From positions 5,146,001 to 5,210,000 of the forward strand of contig NC_087442.1 of assembly GCF_036321535.1 (NCBI RefSeq): a DNA stretch of 64,000 nt. Reading direction: 5' to 3'. The notes beneath the pieces are model-generated. The model saw only the letters and a program-made list of their open reading frames with translations. It did not search any database and was not told the DNA's origin. The position numbers were made by a program, and so were the translations under genes. Numbering within the stretch: position 1 is the stretch's first letter; every line of letters starts with the position of its first letter. Below are positions 43,178 through 55,574 of this stretch, one piece after another. The stretch comes from Camelus dromedarius. Its lineage: Eukaryota.

Positions 43178-46100
43178 CTACACAGGCATGGGCATCTCAT
43201 TGTACTCGTCCACACCCTCCCGCTCATCGAACACCGGCTCCGCCTCATTAGCATCCAGCTGTGTGGGGGGAGGACAGAGGATGGTTGACACTGACCGTGA
43301 ACTCTTGGCAAGGACCGCAGAGGGGGCCTGCGGGGCTGGGGAGGAACGGTAGGAGGCCTTACGCATTTCATCTCTCGCTCGGTGAAGATCCGGGTGAGCA
43401 CTACCATGCGNNNNNNNNNNNNNNNNNNNNNNNNNNNNNNNNNNNNNNNNNNNNNNNNNNNNNNNNNNNNNNNNNNNNNNNNNNNNNNNNNNNNNNNNNN
43501 NNNNNNNNNNNNNNNNNNNNNNNNNNNNNNNNNNNNNNNNNNGTGGGGGCAGGGTGAGACAGGTGAGCCCAGGCTTCTCCCCAGCCTCCAAGGACCCTGG
43601 TCCCCAGAGGGCCACCTGGGCCTGCCAAAGGATGGATAAGCCCTCTCCCCTCCACAGAGGAGGGGACAGAAGTGCCTTCTTGGTGCTTCCCAGAGCCAGG
43701 TCTGCACAGACTGAACAGTTGCTGGCCAAAGCGAGTAGCTGGGGGGCTGGAGGGTGACCAGCACAGACCAGGAGAGGGCAGAGGCCCGGGGCCCTGCCGA
43801 GCCAGCTCTCACCTTCTTGACATAGGTGACGTCTGGGTGGTGTTTGGGTGGCATGAGCAACAGGTGCAGCCGCTCATAGAACTGGATCCCATTGAGGGAG
43901 GTAACTCCCATGTACAGGAAAATACCAAAGAGCACAGCCAGGGGGATCTGCCTGAGCAGATCCCCGATGACCAAGGAGAGGCCTGGGGGAGGAGGAAGAG
44001 GAACAGTTGGCCAGGGGCTCCCCACCCCTAGTGGCCCTGAGACCCCTCTGGGAAGGGTAGGGACAAGAGGCAAGCATACCCACGAGCACGGCAACCAGCA
44101 GCCCCGTCACCCGCTGCTCCTTGACCTCCTGGATCTTGGGCTTATCCCCCGGCGCCACAGCCTTACTCATGACAGTGAGCGCATTGGCATGCGTGACAGA
44201 GCGGACAGTGGCAGCAGCCAACCAGGGCAAGCCGAAGAGGGCACAGATGCCACCCATGGCCACAATGAGCAGCAGGTCCAGGTGGAAGCCGGAGCCCTTC
44301 TGCAGCATTCGCTCCTTCTTAGAGATGATCAGCCTGAACGAGGATAGGCACTCACTGAGCCCAACTTGGCAGACAACTTACTCGTCTTTTCAGACACCAG
44401 TCACCAGCCTGTCACCTCCATCTCTTTTTGGAACCTTGCGGTCCCTGCCCATTCCGTCAGGATGGGAGTTCCATCATGGAGCTGAGTCTTATCCGAGTGG
44501 CCCTCCGCACCCTCTAGGACAAGCTACCAGCCTGACCTGTGCCTATCTGAGCAAACATCAGTGGGATTTTCTGCTGCCTACAAAGTAAATTCCAGCAGCC
44601 AGCCTGGTGGGGGCTCCAACTGCTCCACACACAAGGTCGTTCCTGTCTGCACAGCACCCCCTCTGCTAGGACAACTCACGTGGTGATCTGCGTCTCCATG
44701 AAGATGAGGATGAAGACCAGGATGGCAGGCAGCAGGCTGGCAACCATCATCCACACGGGGAAGGAGCTGTTCTCCCCCAGGGGGTTGATGACCCAGCCTC
44801 GCTTCTCTGGGGCTGTCACGGAGACTCCGCTGGGCACGCTCAGCTTCTGCAGAGCAGAGGGTGGGGCCAGAGGCCGGTGAACCTTGGAGGGGGTGCCCTG
44901 AGCTGCACTGGGAGGGCATGCTGTGGGAAAGGCCTGGTGTCTGCCCAGTTAAGAGGCAGCTCCAGAGTTGGGGGCCTAGAGGGGAATGTCGAGTCCTGCC
45001 CCAGGCAACACCTCACTGCTGCATGTGCTCCACCGTACCTGGGTGTAGGTGTCCTCAATACTGTAATCCACAAGCACCATGATGAGGATTGCGATGGGCA
45101 CCCCAAAGTCCCCAATCACTCGCCGTACCTGTGGGCAAGCACCACACTCAGAGGCCCTACATCTCGCTCCAGCCCTGACTCTGAATCACCTCTCTTCCCA
45201 CCCCCAGCCCCTGCCTCCCTCCAGCCCACACACCCGGCCAGGGAAGAACCGGCTGTTCTTGAACTTGCGCAGGAAGAAGGCGATGAAGAAGGTGCCAGCC
45301 ATGAGCACCAGCGACAGCAGGGCCGTGTTGGGCTGGCCCCGAGGCCTCCCCTGCCCAGACGGTCTGGTTGAGCTCCCATTCCCCGGCCCCAGTGTGGCTT
45401 CTGCCCTGGCCCAAGTGATGTTCTCGCCACTGTCTGCCTCGGAGCTATTAGAGACTGAACAGCCGTGGAGAGGGTGTTCCTGGAAGATCTGGGGAGAGGA
45501 CAAAGGATTCCATCAGCTAAACTGGCAACATTTCTGGGACTCAGCTGTACACTGAGTGGGACAGGTGGGGTGGTAGGGCCCGACTGCCCTCAAGGAGTTT
45601 GTCTTAGTGACTGACCAGGGTGACCAGATGTGAGCATAGGACAACTGGGGATTAAGAGAGAGGCTGGTCTAATTCGGGAAGGCAGCTAGGAACATGGCTC
45701 CAGCCCAGCTTGGAAGAGCAGCATATGGAGTGTGGCAGGCCATGAGGCCACACTTCTGATCCTGACACACAGGCATGAGTCTGATGCCCAAACTGTGACC
45801 GTGTTTGTCATCTTGGGGACCTTCCCGTTGGACATTCTGGGTCATTTGCCAGTTTGACAAAAGCGTAAGTTTTCTTTGTTGTTAAAAATACATGAGTTTT
45901 TAAGACTGATCTGAAGCCCTGGTGTGTACATTGGTGACGGGGAGGGTGGGCGTGGTGGGCAGGAGGCAGGACCAGCCCACGCCCTGGCTGTGGGTTCTGG
46001 GCTGCAGCCCAAGGGGGCTCTGAGGGCAGCCTAGCCTCACGCTTGGAGGAGAGAACAGAAAGGGGCAGGATACCCCTGGCTCCCTCTAGGTCCCAAAGGC

Positions 46101-49100
46101 TCGCCCCTCCCAGCCCAGTTCCCATCAGGTCCTGCCCACCTTAACCAGCTTGTAGAAGGTCTCGTAGATGAAGATGAGGGAGATGAGGAAGGCAAAGATC
46201 TCCTGGGTGAAACGGGAGACAAAGCGCACCAGGAAGCTCCCCTCCAGGGCCACCATGAGCAAGGCCAGGAGCACCAGCCAGAAGCCAATCCACACCCGGC
46301 CCACCAGGTACTCCAGGTTGTTGCTGCTGCAGAACTGGGGGAGAAGGAGTGGGGAAGGGCACAGTCAGGTTCAGAGCCTGGGGGCTAACAGGGTGGGAGT
46401 GGGTGGGAGTGTTGAGGGAAGAGGAGGGGCAGATGAGCTGGGCCAGAAGAGCCATCCCAAGTGGCCCGTGGACCCTCACCGAGAAGAAGGCCTCCTCGAA
46501 GACCAGCAGGGGCCCTGAGAAGCCGACCACCAGCAGCGGCTGGGCCCCCAGCAGGCAGAAGACCACGCCCTGGAGTGCCGTGGACATGATCAGCTCCGAC
46601 ACCCCAATCAGGTCATGCGTCTTCTCTCCTAGGGTGGCAGGAACCAGTTCAGGGGCTGGCGGCCGGGGCCCTGTGTGCTCCGCACCCCCACCCGAAGCCG
46701 CTCCTTACCCAGCAGTCCCCCGAAGGTGATGGCAGGAGACAGGGCCGCAAAGTAGATGAAGATGACGGCGGCCAGGCACTGGGGGTCGAGTGCATCTCGG
46801 AAGTCACTCAGGTAGTGGGGGTAGCGGCGCCGCACATCTCGGATTAGGCCCCCAAAAGGCCGGCCTGTCCGCCGAAGGGGATCATCTTCCACTGCATCTG
46901 CCGCCTCTACCATCTGCAGGAGCGCTGCAACCCAGGCCTCCATCAGGGCACCTGCTGCAGCCCTCTTCCCGCCACCGGGCTCTTCTCTGCACACAACAGA
47001 CCACTCTCGGCCAACCCCCTCCAGCCCCAACCCAGACAGCCCAGCCCTGGGCCCCGGCCTGCACTGGCCCGTACCCTTATCTTGGGCTGACTTGGGCTCT
47101 AGCCCAGGCCCCGTGGGCAACAGCCGGCCCTGCTCCTCTCGCTTCTTGAGCATCTGGCGCTGGAAGTGAGCAACGGATCGCAGCAGTTCCTCGCCCTGCA
47201 CTTCCGAGGGTGGCAGCACCACACTGCAGTCCAGGAAGGCGTTGATGGCCGTCAGCAGGTCCTCCCGCTCGTCTGCCAGGTAAGCTGCCTCATGGAATTG
47301 CTGCCAAAGTGGGACCAGGACTGGTGAGGACGCAAGATGAGGGCTGAGGGTCCTGGAGCAAGGCTGGGCAAGATAGGTGGGGGGCATCCCAGCTCTGGGG
47401 CACAGGGCCCAGCCCAGGGGTGGCTGACCTTGTCGGACATGAGGGTGGAGATGGAGCGGCCGATCTCGTGGTAGTCCATGTTGGCGCTGCTCGGGCCCAG
47501 CAGCAGGAAGAGGAAGCGCACGGGCACTGGCACCTCCAGCACTGCATCCAGCTCCACTGCCTCCCGCAGCCGCACAAAGGCCATGGTGGGGCGGGAGAGG
47601 AACTCCACGCAGCCTGGGGGTGCGGAGCCGTCATGGGCAAGGGCAGAGCACAGGTCACCTCCCAGGCCCTAGCCCAGTAGAGCGGCATGGAGGCAGGCCC
47701 GGCCGCCGGGACCCCTGCCCCCAACACTCGCCACACATACCCACGAGGACCACCGTAGCCTCAGCATTCTCAGGGATCTTCTCCAGAAGCTTCAGCTCAT
47801 GCTTGGACTTGGAGCGAGTGATACCTGCCGAAGGAGCTGGAGGAGGCAGCTCGCGCTGGGGACACAGGAGAACAGAGCTCAGCCTGCCCGCCCTCCCCTG
47901 CAAGTTCCTGCCCGGCTTGCTTGTGGCCCTGCAGCCGCTGTGGTGGCTGGACCTACCCAGGCGGGGCCACTTTCTCCCCTCACCTCTCGATCCACCTCCA
48001 GCCGGGTCTCAGGAACACATCCGATGAGAGGCTCCGTGACATGGGGGTCGCTCTCAGCTCCCTGGCCGTGATGGTGTCCCAGCAGGGAGCCCAGGGAGCC
48101 GGCCGAGATGTTGCGGGGGAAGGAGAAGTCCTTCTCATCACTTGGGTGGCTGGTGAGGCAGGAGGCAGGGAGGTGAGGAGGCCTGACAGCCAGGGCTAGG
48201 GACAGGTAGGCAGGGTGCAGCGGGTAGGGCCTCACCTGTGTTTCAGTAGCAGGGCCCTCAGCACGTTGGCTCTGTCCTCGGCCTTGATCTGGTCAGAGAT
48301 GACCATCTGCTCCACCACCTGGTGAGCCACGCCAGGCAGGGTCTGCTGATCCAGGTCCAAGAGCACAGCCCCTAGGAAAAGGACAACGAGGGGCCCTCAT
48401 CCCCGGGCAAGAAACAAGGTTGAAGACAGAGTGGAGGCAGAGCCAGGGACCAGGGGCAGCCAAGTAAGCGCGGTCCAGGCGGGGGAGCACCGGCCCAGAA
48501 ATCGGTGAGCAGGGCCCAGCTCTGCCTTGAGGCCCAGGTCCCACTGCCTCTCTGACTCATTCCTTCTGACCTCCCTACCCCCCAGAATGTTAGGTTCAGC
48601 AGAGGCCATGGAATCCCAGCGGTCAGAGAGGCCACCCAGGCCAGACCCTGCCCAGATGCCCCTTCCAGGAAGCATGCAGCAGGAAGTGCCCCAGGCCACC
48701 CACTTGGACTAGACTCTCAGAAAGTTCCTCCTCTGAGCAAGTTGCATGCATGCTGCCTCCTCGGACGTCCACTCTAGGGTCCTAGCTCTGCCCTCTGGAG
48801 CATGATGCGGCCGGCCTGCAGCCTTGTCCATGTGGCTGCCCTTGAGCTCTCTGCAGATATTTCCCTCCACCCTGGGCTCCTCAATGTCCCCAAGTCCAGC
48901 AGCTGCTCAAGGACAGTTTCTAGACCTCTCCACAATGTCACTGCTCTGAGCTACCATTTCATATAGAAATGAAGGTCCTTTCAAAAGTCACCAGGTCACT
49001 TTTCTGTCAAGATCAGCTTGCAGGAATACAGAACTAAAGGAGAAACAGAACCAAAGGCCCCTGAGCAGCCAAAACTGAGATCGCAAAGCCTGGCGATCAA

Positions 49101-52100
49101 GCACGTGCACTCTGGCACCTTACCTGAAGCCCTCAAGCCTCACTCAGAGCCTATTTACTCCTAGTTTGGAAACAGTGCTAACAGCAGTTTTCTTAGTCCT
49201 CAGCTGCTTAGAAACAGACCTGCTGACAGCCACTGGGAATGATTCCCCAGCATGAAGGAGGAAACAAGCAAAGAGCAGCAGAAACATCCGACACAGAGCT
49301 CAAGAATCCTTTATCTGTGCCCATGCAGTAGAGTTTACACACCCCTACGGGTTAGGTCACACTCCCCAGAATCTCTAGAGTTTCAGAAAGCATTTGGTCA
49401 AAACTGTTAAGCAATGTTGTAGCATCCAAAACATACCAGCTTCAGTGATCTGACAATATCACTTAGAGAAGCTGCTTGCTGAAGATGCCAGACAAGAGAG
49501 TAGGGTCAGTCCTGCCCTGCAGTCACCCAACGACAGAGCCCGAGGAACGGCAGGCATCGTGAGAAGTGACATCACGACAGGAGATGCTCCCTCCTGGGCT
49601 CTGGTGACATTACACACCTTGCTGCTCAAGACAAATTTGGGACCATTTGGTCCTCGGAGAACGGGTTCAGGAAAGGGAATCCGTGGGGCAGGGATGGGCA
49701 AGGGAGGAGGGCAGGACAGGTTACCATGGGCCAGGGTCCGACGGAGCTCCAGGAGGCTGCGGAAGGACAGGGAGGCCACGTGGGGCTTCCCCCAGCGCTC
49801 TGTCTCCTCCTCCACGTCCTCCTCAAATTTGATCCAGCGCGCTGTCTCCCGCCACTGAGGCTCCTGGTTTTTGTCCAGCAGCAACTCATTCAGTTCCACA
49901 AACACCTTGGGGTGGGACAAGAGGGCATAGCAGGATGGAGCTTGTAACCCCGGAGGGCCCGGGGCATAGGCACAGAGCCCGGTGAGTTACTAACCAACCT
50001 GAGACTCGCTCGTCTGAGATCACCCACCTCAAAGGGCTGTAATGGGGATTAAAAACACACAAAACATTTACGACGGTACATGACTCACAGTGAGTGTTCA
50101 ATGAATGGTCACTACACACACACACACACTCTGGGATTTTGTGGGGACCCATTTATATGCACTCAAGAAATAGCAAAACTAACTGAGAGTGACAGAAGAG
50201 CTGTTACCTTGGAGGATGCTGACCAGGCAGTGGCCCGAAGGAACTTTCTGAGGGTAGGAAGTGTTTTATGTCTAGGTAGGGTTGGCCAGATATTTACATG
50301 TGCAAAGTGTCCCGGAGCTGCACACTTAACCCGAGTGAATTTTACTGTCTGTTCAACCACAATAAAAAGGTTAAAACAAAAATTCCACTAGAAGGGTAAG
50401 AGTTCAGGACCAGGGCCCTGGAGTCTAAGATGGGCAATGTCACTAAGTAACTGGGTGGCCTTGGCCAGTCACTGCCCCTGATTTATGGCTGATGCCATCT
50501 GGGCCATCGTCTTCACAGGTTGTGGGGAGATCAGATGAGCGCAGAGGTGACTGGATTCTGAAAAATGAAGTGCGATGCTCCACAAAGGCGCCTCTGCCCA
50601 AACAGTCCTCAAACCCCTCACTGCCAGCTGCCGGAAGACGGCCCGTGATAGAGAATTCAACACGGCTAAGATATGAACCAGAACGGCCACACTCAGCAGC
50701 ACCGTAAGAACTTTGGGGACAGACAGTTCCTAGACTCACTGTAGCAAACGTTTCATAATATACATAAATGCTAAATCGCTATGTTGTACACCTGAGACTA
50801 ACAATACTGGGCATCAACTATCTTTCAATGAAAAAAATCAACACTGTCGAAGACGTGCACATTGCACTCTTGTGTAGTGTACAACCTTCATGACTGTCTA
50901 TGGCAACCCTGGGGCTTGAGATTACTGCTGGTCCAAGGGGTGGGCTGTGGAGAGAAGAGGGATAGGAAGAGAATAGAAGAGCGTGAGGCGGAGAAATCAC
51001 CTCATGGGGCTTGTGGGGGGCCCGGGGCCGGGCCCGAGGTGTGGGGCCTGGCTCTCGCCCTTCCCGGACACTCTGCCCAGATGCTTTGGCATTCTTCCGC
51101 ACCAAGTGTCGCCGGACCCCAGGAACATCCTCAAAACGGTGACCTGTGTGGGGTGGAGGAACAGGGTCAAAAGCGCCCCTTTTTTCTTACACCCACCCCT
51201 GTACCCACCCGCTCCGGGCTTGGCCAGGGCCCAGCTCTCACTCTTCATGAGGTCAAGGTCGGCTGTGGCCAGTGTCTGGGCCTCGCTCTCATCCGTTGGG
51301 ACCCGGGGCAGCAGGGCCTGCTCAGCCCCGGTCATGCTTCCAATGCGCCTCCTCTCCTGCAGGTTGTAGCTGCGGTGTCCAGGCTGCGCTTTGGTCAGGG
51401 GGCGCCCAGAGGCACCTCCGTCATCACCTCCGGCTGTGCCACCAGCCGCCGCCACCACCTCTTCCACCAGGGCTCTGGACAGACAAGCAGCTGTGAGCCT
51501 GAGAGGGCTGGCCTCTCCCCCTCGGCCAGGAGCCACGCAGGAGGGACCCAGGAAGGGGACTCCACTGGATCCCAGCCCTCCTCACTCCCCACTCTCAGTA
51601 GGTAGGTATGGATGTGAAAGAGTGAGGATTCTGGAAGCAGACTGCAGCGTTTAAATCCAGCTCTACCCTTTACCGGCTAGGCCACCCAAGAAACCTCACA
51701 AGCCACTCGGAACATAAATTCAGCAGCAAGATGGAGCTGAGGCCAGCCTTCTGGGGTGTGGGGAGAGGCGAAGTCCAGAAAAGGACACAGAGCAGGGCTT
51801 GCCCCTCCTCCCAGGCATACCCCTAACAATGGACTTGAGGTTCACAGAGTCCCGTGTTTCTAACCAAACGTAGTAAAGAACATGGAAATGGGCCTTTGAA
51901 ACTGCAGACCCCTCCCCACGTCACGTACACCCTTACAGATTCCGACTTCTGTCCTGTCCCCCAAACTGGGATGCCTCCTTTCTCTCTGCCATTGCCAAAG
52001 GGTCCCTGTCCTGGCCACATCATTCTAAATCCTTCTCCTGGCATCTGGTGCCTCCCGCAGCTCCAAGCCCTGTCCCCTGCCCACTGCCAGTCCGTCCCCT

Positions 52101-55100
52101 GCCAGCCTTTCTCTGCCTACACCCACCTTCTGTGCTCTTGGTTCTGCTCACACCCCTGCCCACAAAGCTGACCCACTTTTCCAGTGCCGTGCTCTGAGGC
52201 TCCCCTACTCCCTCCCGGCCATCCAACCGCCCACAGGTCTGTGCCCCCAGTGCAGATGGCTAGCGTGGACCCAGCTCCATCCACAGTGCCTGTCCCCCAG
52301 CGAGTCTGTGCCACCCTAGAGGGACAATGTGCCCTTCACTTCCCCAAGCCCTTCACACTGCCTGGCACTCAGAAAACAACAGGTAGGTGACAGTAGTGAC
52401 CTTGAGGCCTAGTTCAAAGTGACTTCCTCCAGGAAGCTTTTATTGGCCAACATCCCCAAACTCCGATCACCTGCTGGTATCCACACCATCCCATGCCAGG
52501 TTGTGTGACACAGTAACTTGTTTGGATGCTGTTTCATGAAGTGACAACCAGGGTGGACTGGCAGTTCCCCCACAGCAAGAAGGGATCTCACACCCTTGGG
52601 GCCCCAGGAGGTGCCTGGAGATCACCACGCCAGTCCCTGATCCAGCATTTGACACTGCTCAACCTGAAGCCATGGGCAGGGGGATGGTGGGGGAGGGAAG
52701 CAGCAGCTTAAACTGCACATTTGTTCTGTGCCAGGCTAAACCATACTGCAACTTTCATTCCCACCACTCTTTAATCCCGACTATCACCTTATGAGAAAGA
52801 TTCCATTAGTCTTGGTTTATAGATGAGGAAACGGGGGCTCAGAGACACTGTTACTTGCCCAAAAAGCTACTGACTGGCAGGACTGGGATTTGATCCCCAG
52901 TCTGATGATCTCGAGGCTCATGCTTTTTTTCCCACCTCACCTCACTGATGCCAGCAGGGGAGGTCTCTGTTTGGGGACACTCACCCAGTCTGGGCCCCTT
53001 TGGTGGCCTGGGGAGCTGCCTCCTGGTGGGGCAGTGGTGGAGGAGGAGATGGACTGGTTGCGTCTGCCTTCCGGTCAGCACCTTCATCCTCCTGGAGAAA
53101 GAACTAGAACGGGGACCCGTGTGAGCAGGTGATGCCACGCCAGGGACCCTGCCGATATCCTCAGGAGCCCTGCCCCCATTCACCTGCACTGAAGAAGGTG
53201 TGGAGGCAGGGGATGGCTGGGTGAGCGCCCGGGCCCCCTCAGCCTCACTGGCCTCATCCTCCTCTTCCTCGCCCTCCTCAATGGTAGGGGTCTCCCCAGT
53301 CGGGGAGGCTCCAGGGCGCCTGCGAGGCTTCCGTCCTGGCCCCTGGGGTGTCTTTCGGCGCCGGGCATCCGGAGGCAGGTGGGTGGACAGTGGGTGATGG
53401 ATGTGGTGGGAGGACTGGCGGTGGTCTGCAGGGAGGAAGAGACCTGGCTGCTGGCAGGTACAGCTTCCCTCCCCCGCTATCCAACCCCAGCCCCTCCCAC
53501 CAGGCCCCTAGCTCAGTCCCTGCTGGGCACTCAAGCCAGAGCACCCCGCTGCCTCTCCCGCTTGCCCCTGCCTCCCTGAGCCCCTCACATTCAAAGTCTT
53601 CCTCCCCATAGCTTCGGCCTGGCTCCTCCCCTCCTCGAGACCCAGCCTCCTGGAGGATCTCCTCAAACCGCTCCACGCCAAGGGTGCGGTGAAGTTCGTC
53701 TTCCTCCTGCTCAGGGAAGCCAGGCGTCACAGGGCCCAAGCTCTCTGGCTCTGGCTGTGAGGAAGAAATGTGGTGAGAACACAAGACGGATTGTTCCTCG
53801 AAACCCCACCTTGCCTCACAGTAGGCTTCTGGTACCCCCCAGTGCCTTCCCCTCCAATGCCAGGGACCCAGACTCTCCCCAACAGCCTGTCGCCTCAGAT
53901 GCAGGGGACTCAGTACCCACCCCCAGCAGCCTGTGCCCTCAGTTCTGGGCTATCTGGACCCTGGCTGTGCCATTTCCAGTCAGTTCCAGGGCAGGTGGAA
54001 AGGGTCTGCCCTGGAAGCCTCAGCAGAGATCCTGTGTGCCCACCACCCCCAAGGCCAGGTGTGTGACCTGGGCAGTTCACACAGCTGACAGTGAACATGA
54101 CTCCTCAGCTGGGAGACAACTAATGAGCCTGAAAAGTTAACTTCCAGAAGTGCTGGAGCTAACTGAGATGGACTTGGTCTGAGTCAAACTGGAGCCCAGC
54201 TCCTAGACAGGGATGTAGCGCTTCGCCTTATCAGGAGAGGCCCCCGCTGGAAGCAGGGGCACCCCACCGGCTCCTCCCCCATGGAGTGCGGGCCCTCAGC
54301 CACCGCCTAGCCCCGCCCCGCCCCACCCCCACTCCCCCACCTGAGTCATACTGCAGGAGCCTGTGGCGGGACTGCGGTGGCGCTTTGGAGAGCTCAGCCT
54401 AGCTAAGCGGCCAGCCGCCTAGCTTGTGACCTTGATCCAGCCCGGCCACCCACCCCTTGCCGGTCTCAGCTCCAGGCACCGCCAATATTTGCTCAAGAGC
54501 TTCTGGACTCGAAGGGCATCGAGATCTTCAAGGGCAGGGGTACTAGCGCAAGGAAGGGCAAGGGGAGGTGGGCTGGGAAGAGGGGCGGGCCTTGTGGAGA
54601 TACCAAGGTGGGGGCAGGAGCAGCTGGGGGTGGGGTGGCAGAGATACTGGACGCAAGGAGATGCAGGAGTCGGGGCGTGCTTCTCCCGAGTCCACCTCCG
54701 CAGCTCTAGCCCAGCTCCCCCCAAGCGCTGGGCCCCACTCTCACCAGAATTAGCCCGCGGGAGGAAGGCGGCGGGAGGCGGCTGAAACAAGCGAGCGGAG
54801 GGAGCTAGCCCGGGGTGGGGGAGGGGGGTCGCGAACCCCTCGCACCTGAGGCCTCAGAAGGAAGTCCATGGCCGGCAGGGGTGAACTCGGGGAGGGGGGA
54901 GGGGACTGGCCGGCGCCCCTTCCCGGTCACGTGCCCCGCTGGGCCAAAGTGACCAATAACAGGCTGATTATAGCACTCGGGGTTAATCATTATCCTTCCC
55001 AGGAAAATCGGGAGGGGGCCACGTGGGGCGCTGGCCACGTGAGGGCCGGGAGGGGCGGGCCTGGGTAGCACGTGGGGCCGGGGGTTGGGGCGGTCTGCCC

Positions 55101-55574
55101 AGAAACTCCGTGCAGCCGACTGCCGCTGCCTCTATGACCCAGTTGGTGGGAGGGGGTGATGTCCCTAGGTTAGAGACCCAGGGTTCCCAAAGTTCCTCCT
55201 TTGCAGAGGCTGAACAACCGCCCGGGTCTTCAGGAAATAGGGCCTCAACTCCTTCCCAAGGACTGGAAGCTGCCTGACACTCCACCAATTCCTGTCCCAG
55301 ACCCGGTGTGCTATGCAAGGCCCGAATAGGGATGGCAGTGTCCCTCCCAAGTCCATCACCAGCTTCCCTCCCAGGTCTCTGTATACACACATACACAAGC
55401 ACATACACACATACACAAGCACATACACACATGCATACCCCTGTTTGATGCAGACCCTCACCCTTGGCCAGAGCACCGGTGGAAAGGGATGGGAGGGTGG
55501 CCCAGCCAGCCGGCAATACTCACAGTGCGGAAGGAATCTGCGCCCGAGGTGGGGCGCCGGGGGGCGCTGCTCAT
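43178..55574 (-). CDS. SLC4A2: SLC4A2 / AE2a chloride-bicarbonate exchanger, 1237 aa
   Basis: Coding exons 55524-55574, 53589-53754, 53184-53425, 52985-53103, 51242-51474, 51001-51143, 49725-49905, 48236-48371, 47984-48149, 47741-47855, 47429-47613, 47075-47300, 46709-46924, 46480-46628, 46140-46334, 45234-45488, 45039-45128, 44680-44846, 44080-44333, 43813-43982, 43363-~43536, 43178-43258, total 3714 nt. Starts [17 protein letters not shown] and ends [10 protein letters not shown]. Contains [21 protein letters not shown], and three N-glycosylation sequons in EL3. Confidence 0.98.
49985..50105 (+). mobile_element. MIR SINE remnant
   Basis: cacccacctcaaagggctgtaatggggattaaa...cacagtgagtgttcaatgaatg. 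Confidence 0.5.
50742..50837 (+). mobile_element. Short L1 3' terminal fragment
   Basis: cataatatacataaatgctaaatcgctatgttgtacacctgagactaaca...atcaactatctttcaatgaaaaaaa. Confidence 0.7.
52780..52915 (-). mobile_element. MIR SINE remnant
   Basis: ttatagatgaggaaacgggggctcagagacactgttacttgcccaaaa...ggactgggatttgatccccagtctg. Confidence 0.7.
54341..54349 (-). CDS. SLC4A2: AE2b1 alternative first exon coding part (MTQ)
   Basis: ATG ACT CAG|GTGGGG, phase 0 onto exon 3. MTQ is the established AE2b1 N-terminus. Confidence 0.85.
54846..54869 (-). CDS. SLC4A2: AE2b2 alternative first exon coding part (MDFLLRPQ)
   Basis: GCC ATG GAC TTC CTT CTG AGG CCT CAG|GTGCG, phase 0. Matches the established AE2b2 N-terminus. 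Confidence 0.88.
54900..55100 (-). promoter_or_regulatory. AE2b alternate promoter: HNF1-like site, CCAAT, HNF4-like DR1, four CACGTG E-boxes
   Basis: GGTTAATCATTATC at 54981-54994, GGGCCAAAGTGAC at 54941-54953, CCAAT at 54953-54957, CACGTG at 54928, 55020, 55036 and 55069. Confidence 0.7.
55383..55432. repeat. 20-bp tandem repeat, about 2.5 copies (CA/TA-rich)
   Basis: acacacatacacaagcacat repeated perfectly. Confidence 0.85.

Noticed and set aside
37521-43542. Pseudogenisation of TMUB1, FASTK or SLC4A2 because of N-runs
   Set aside because: Reading frames are consistent across each mask and no visible stops or frameshifts occur.
49906-49908. AAG acceptor of the SLC4A2 exon at 49725-49905 as a defect
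   Set aside because: AAG is an uncommon but normal U2 acceptor; exon length and frame are intact.
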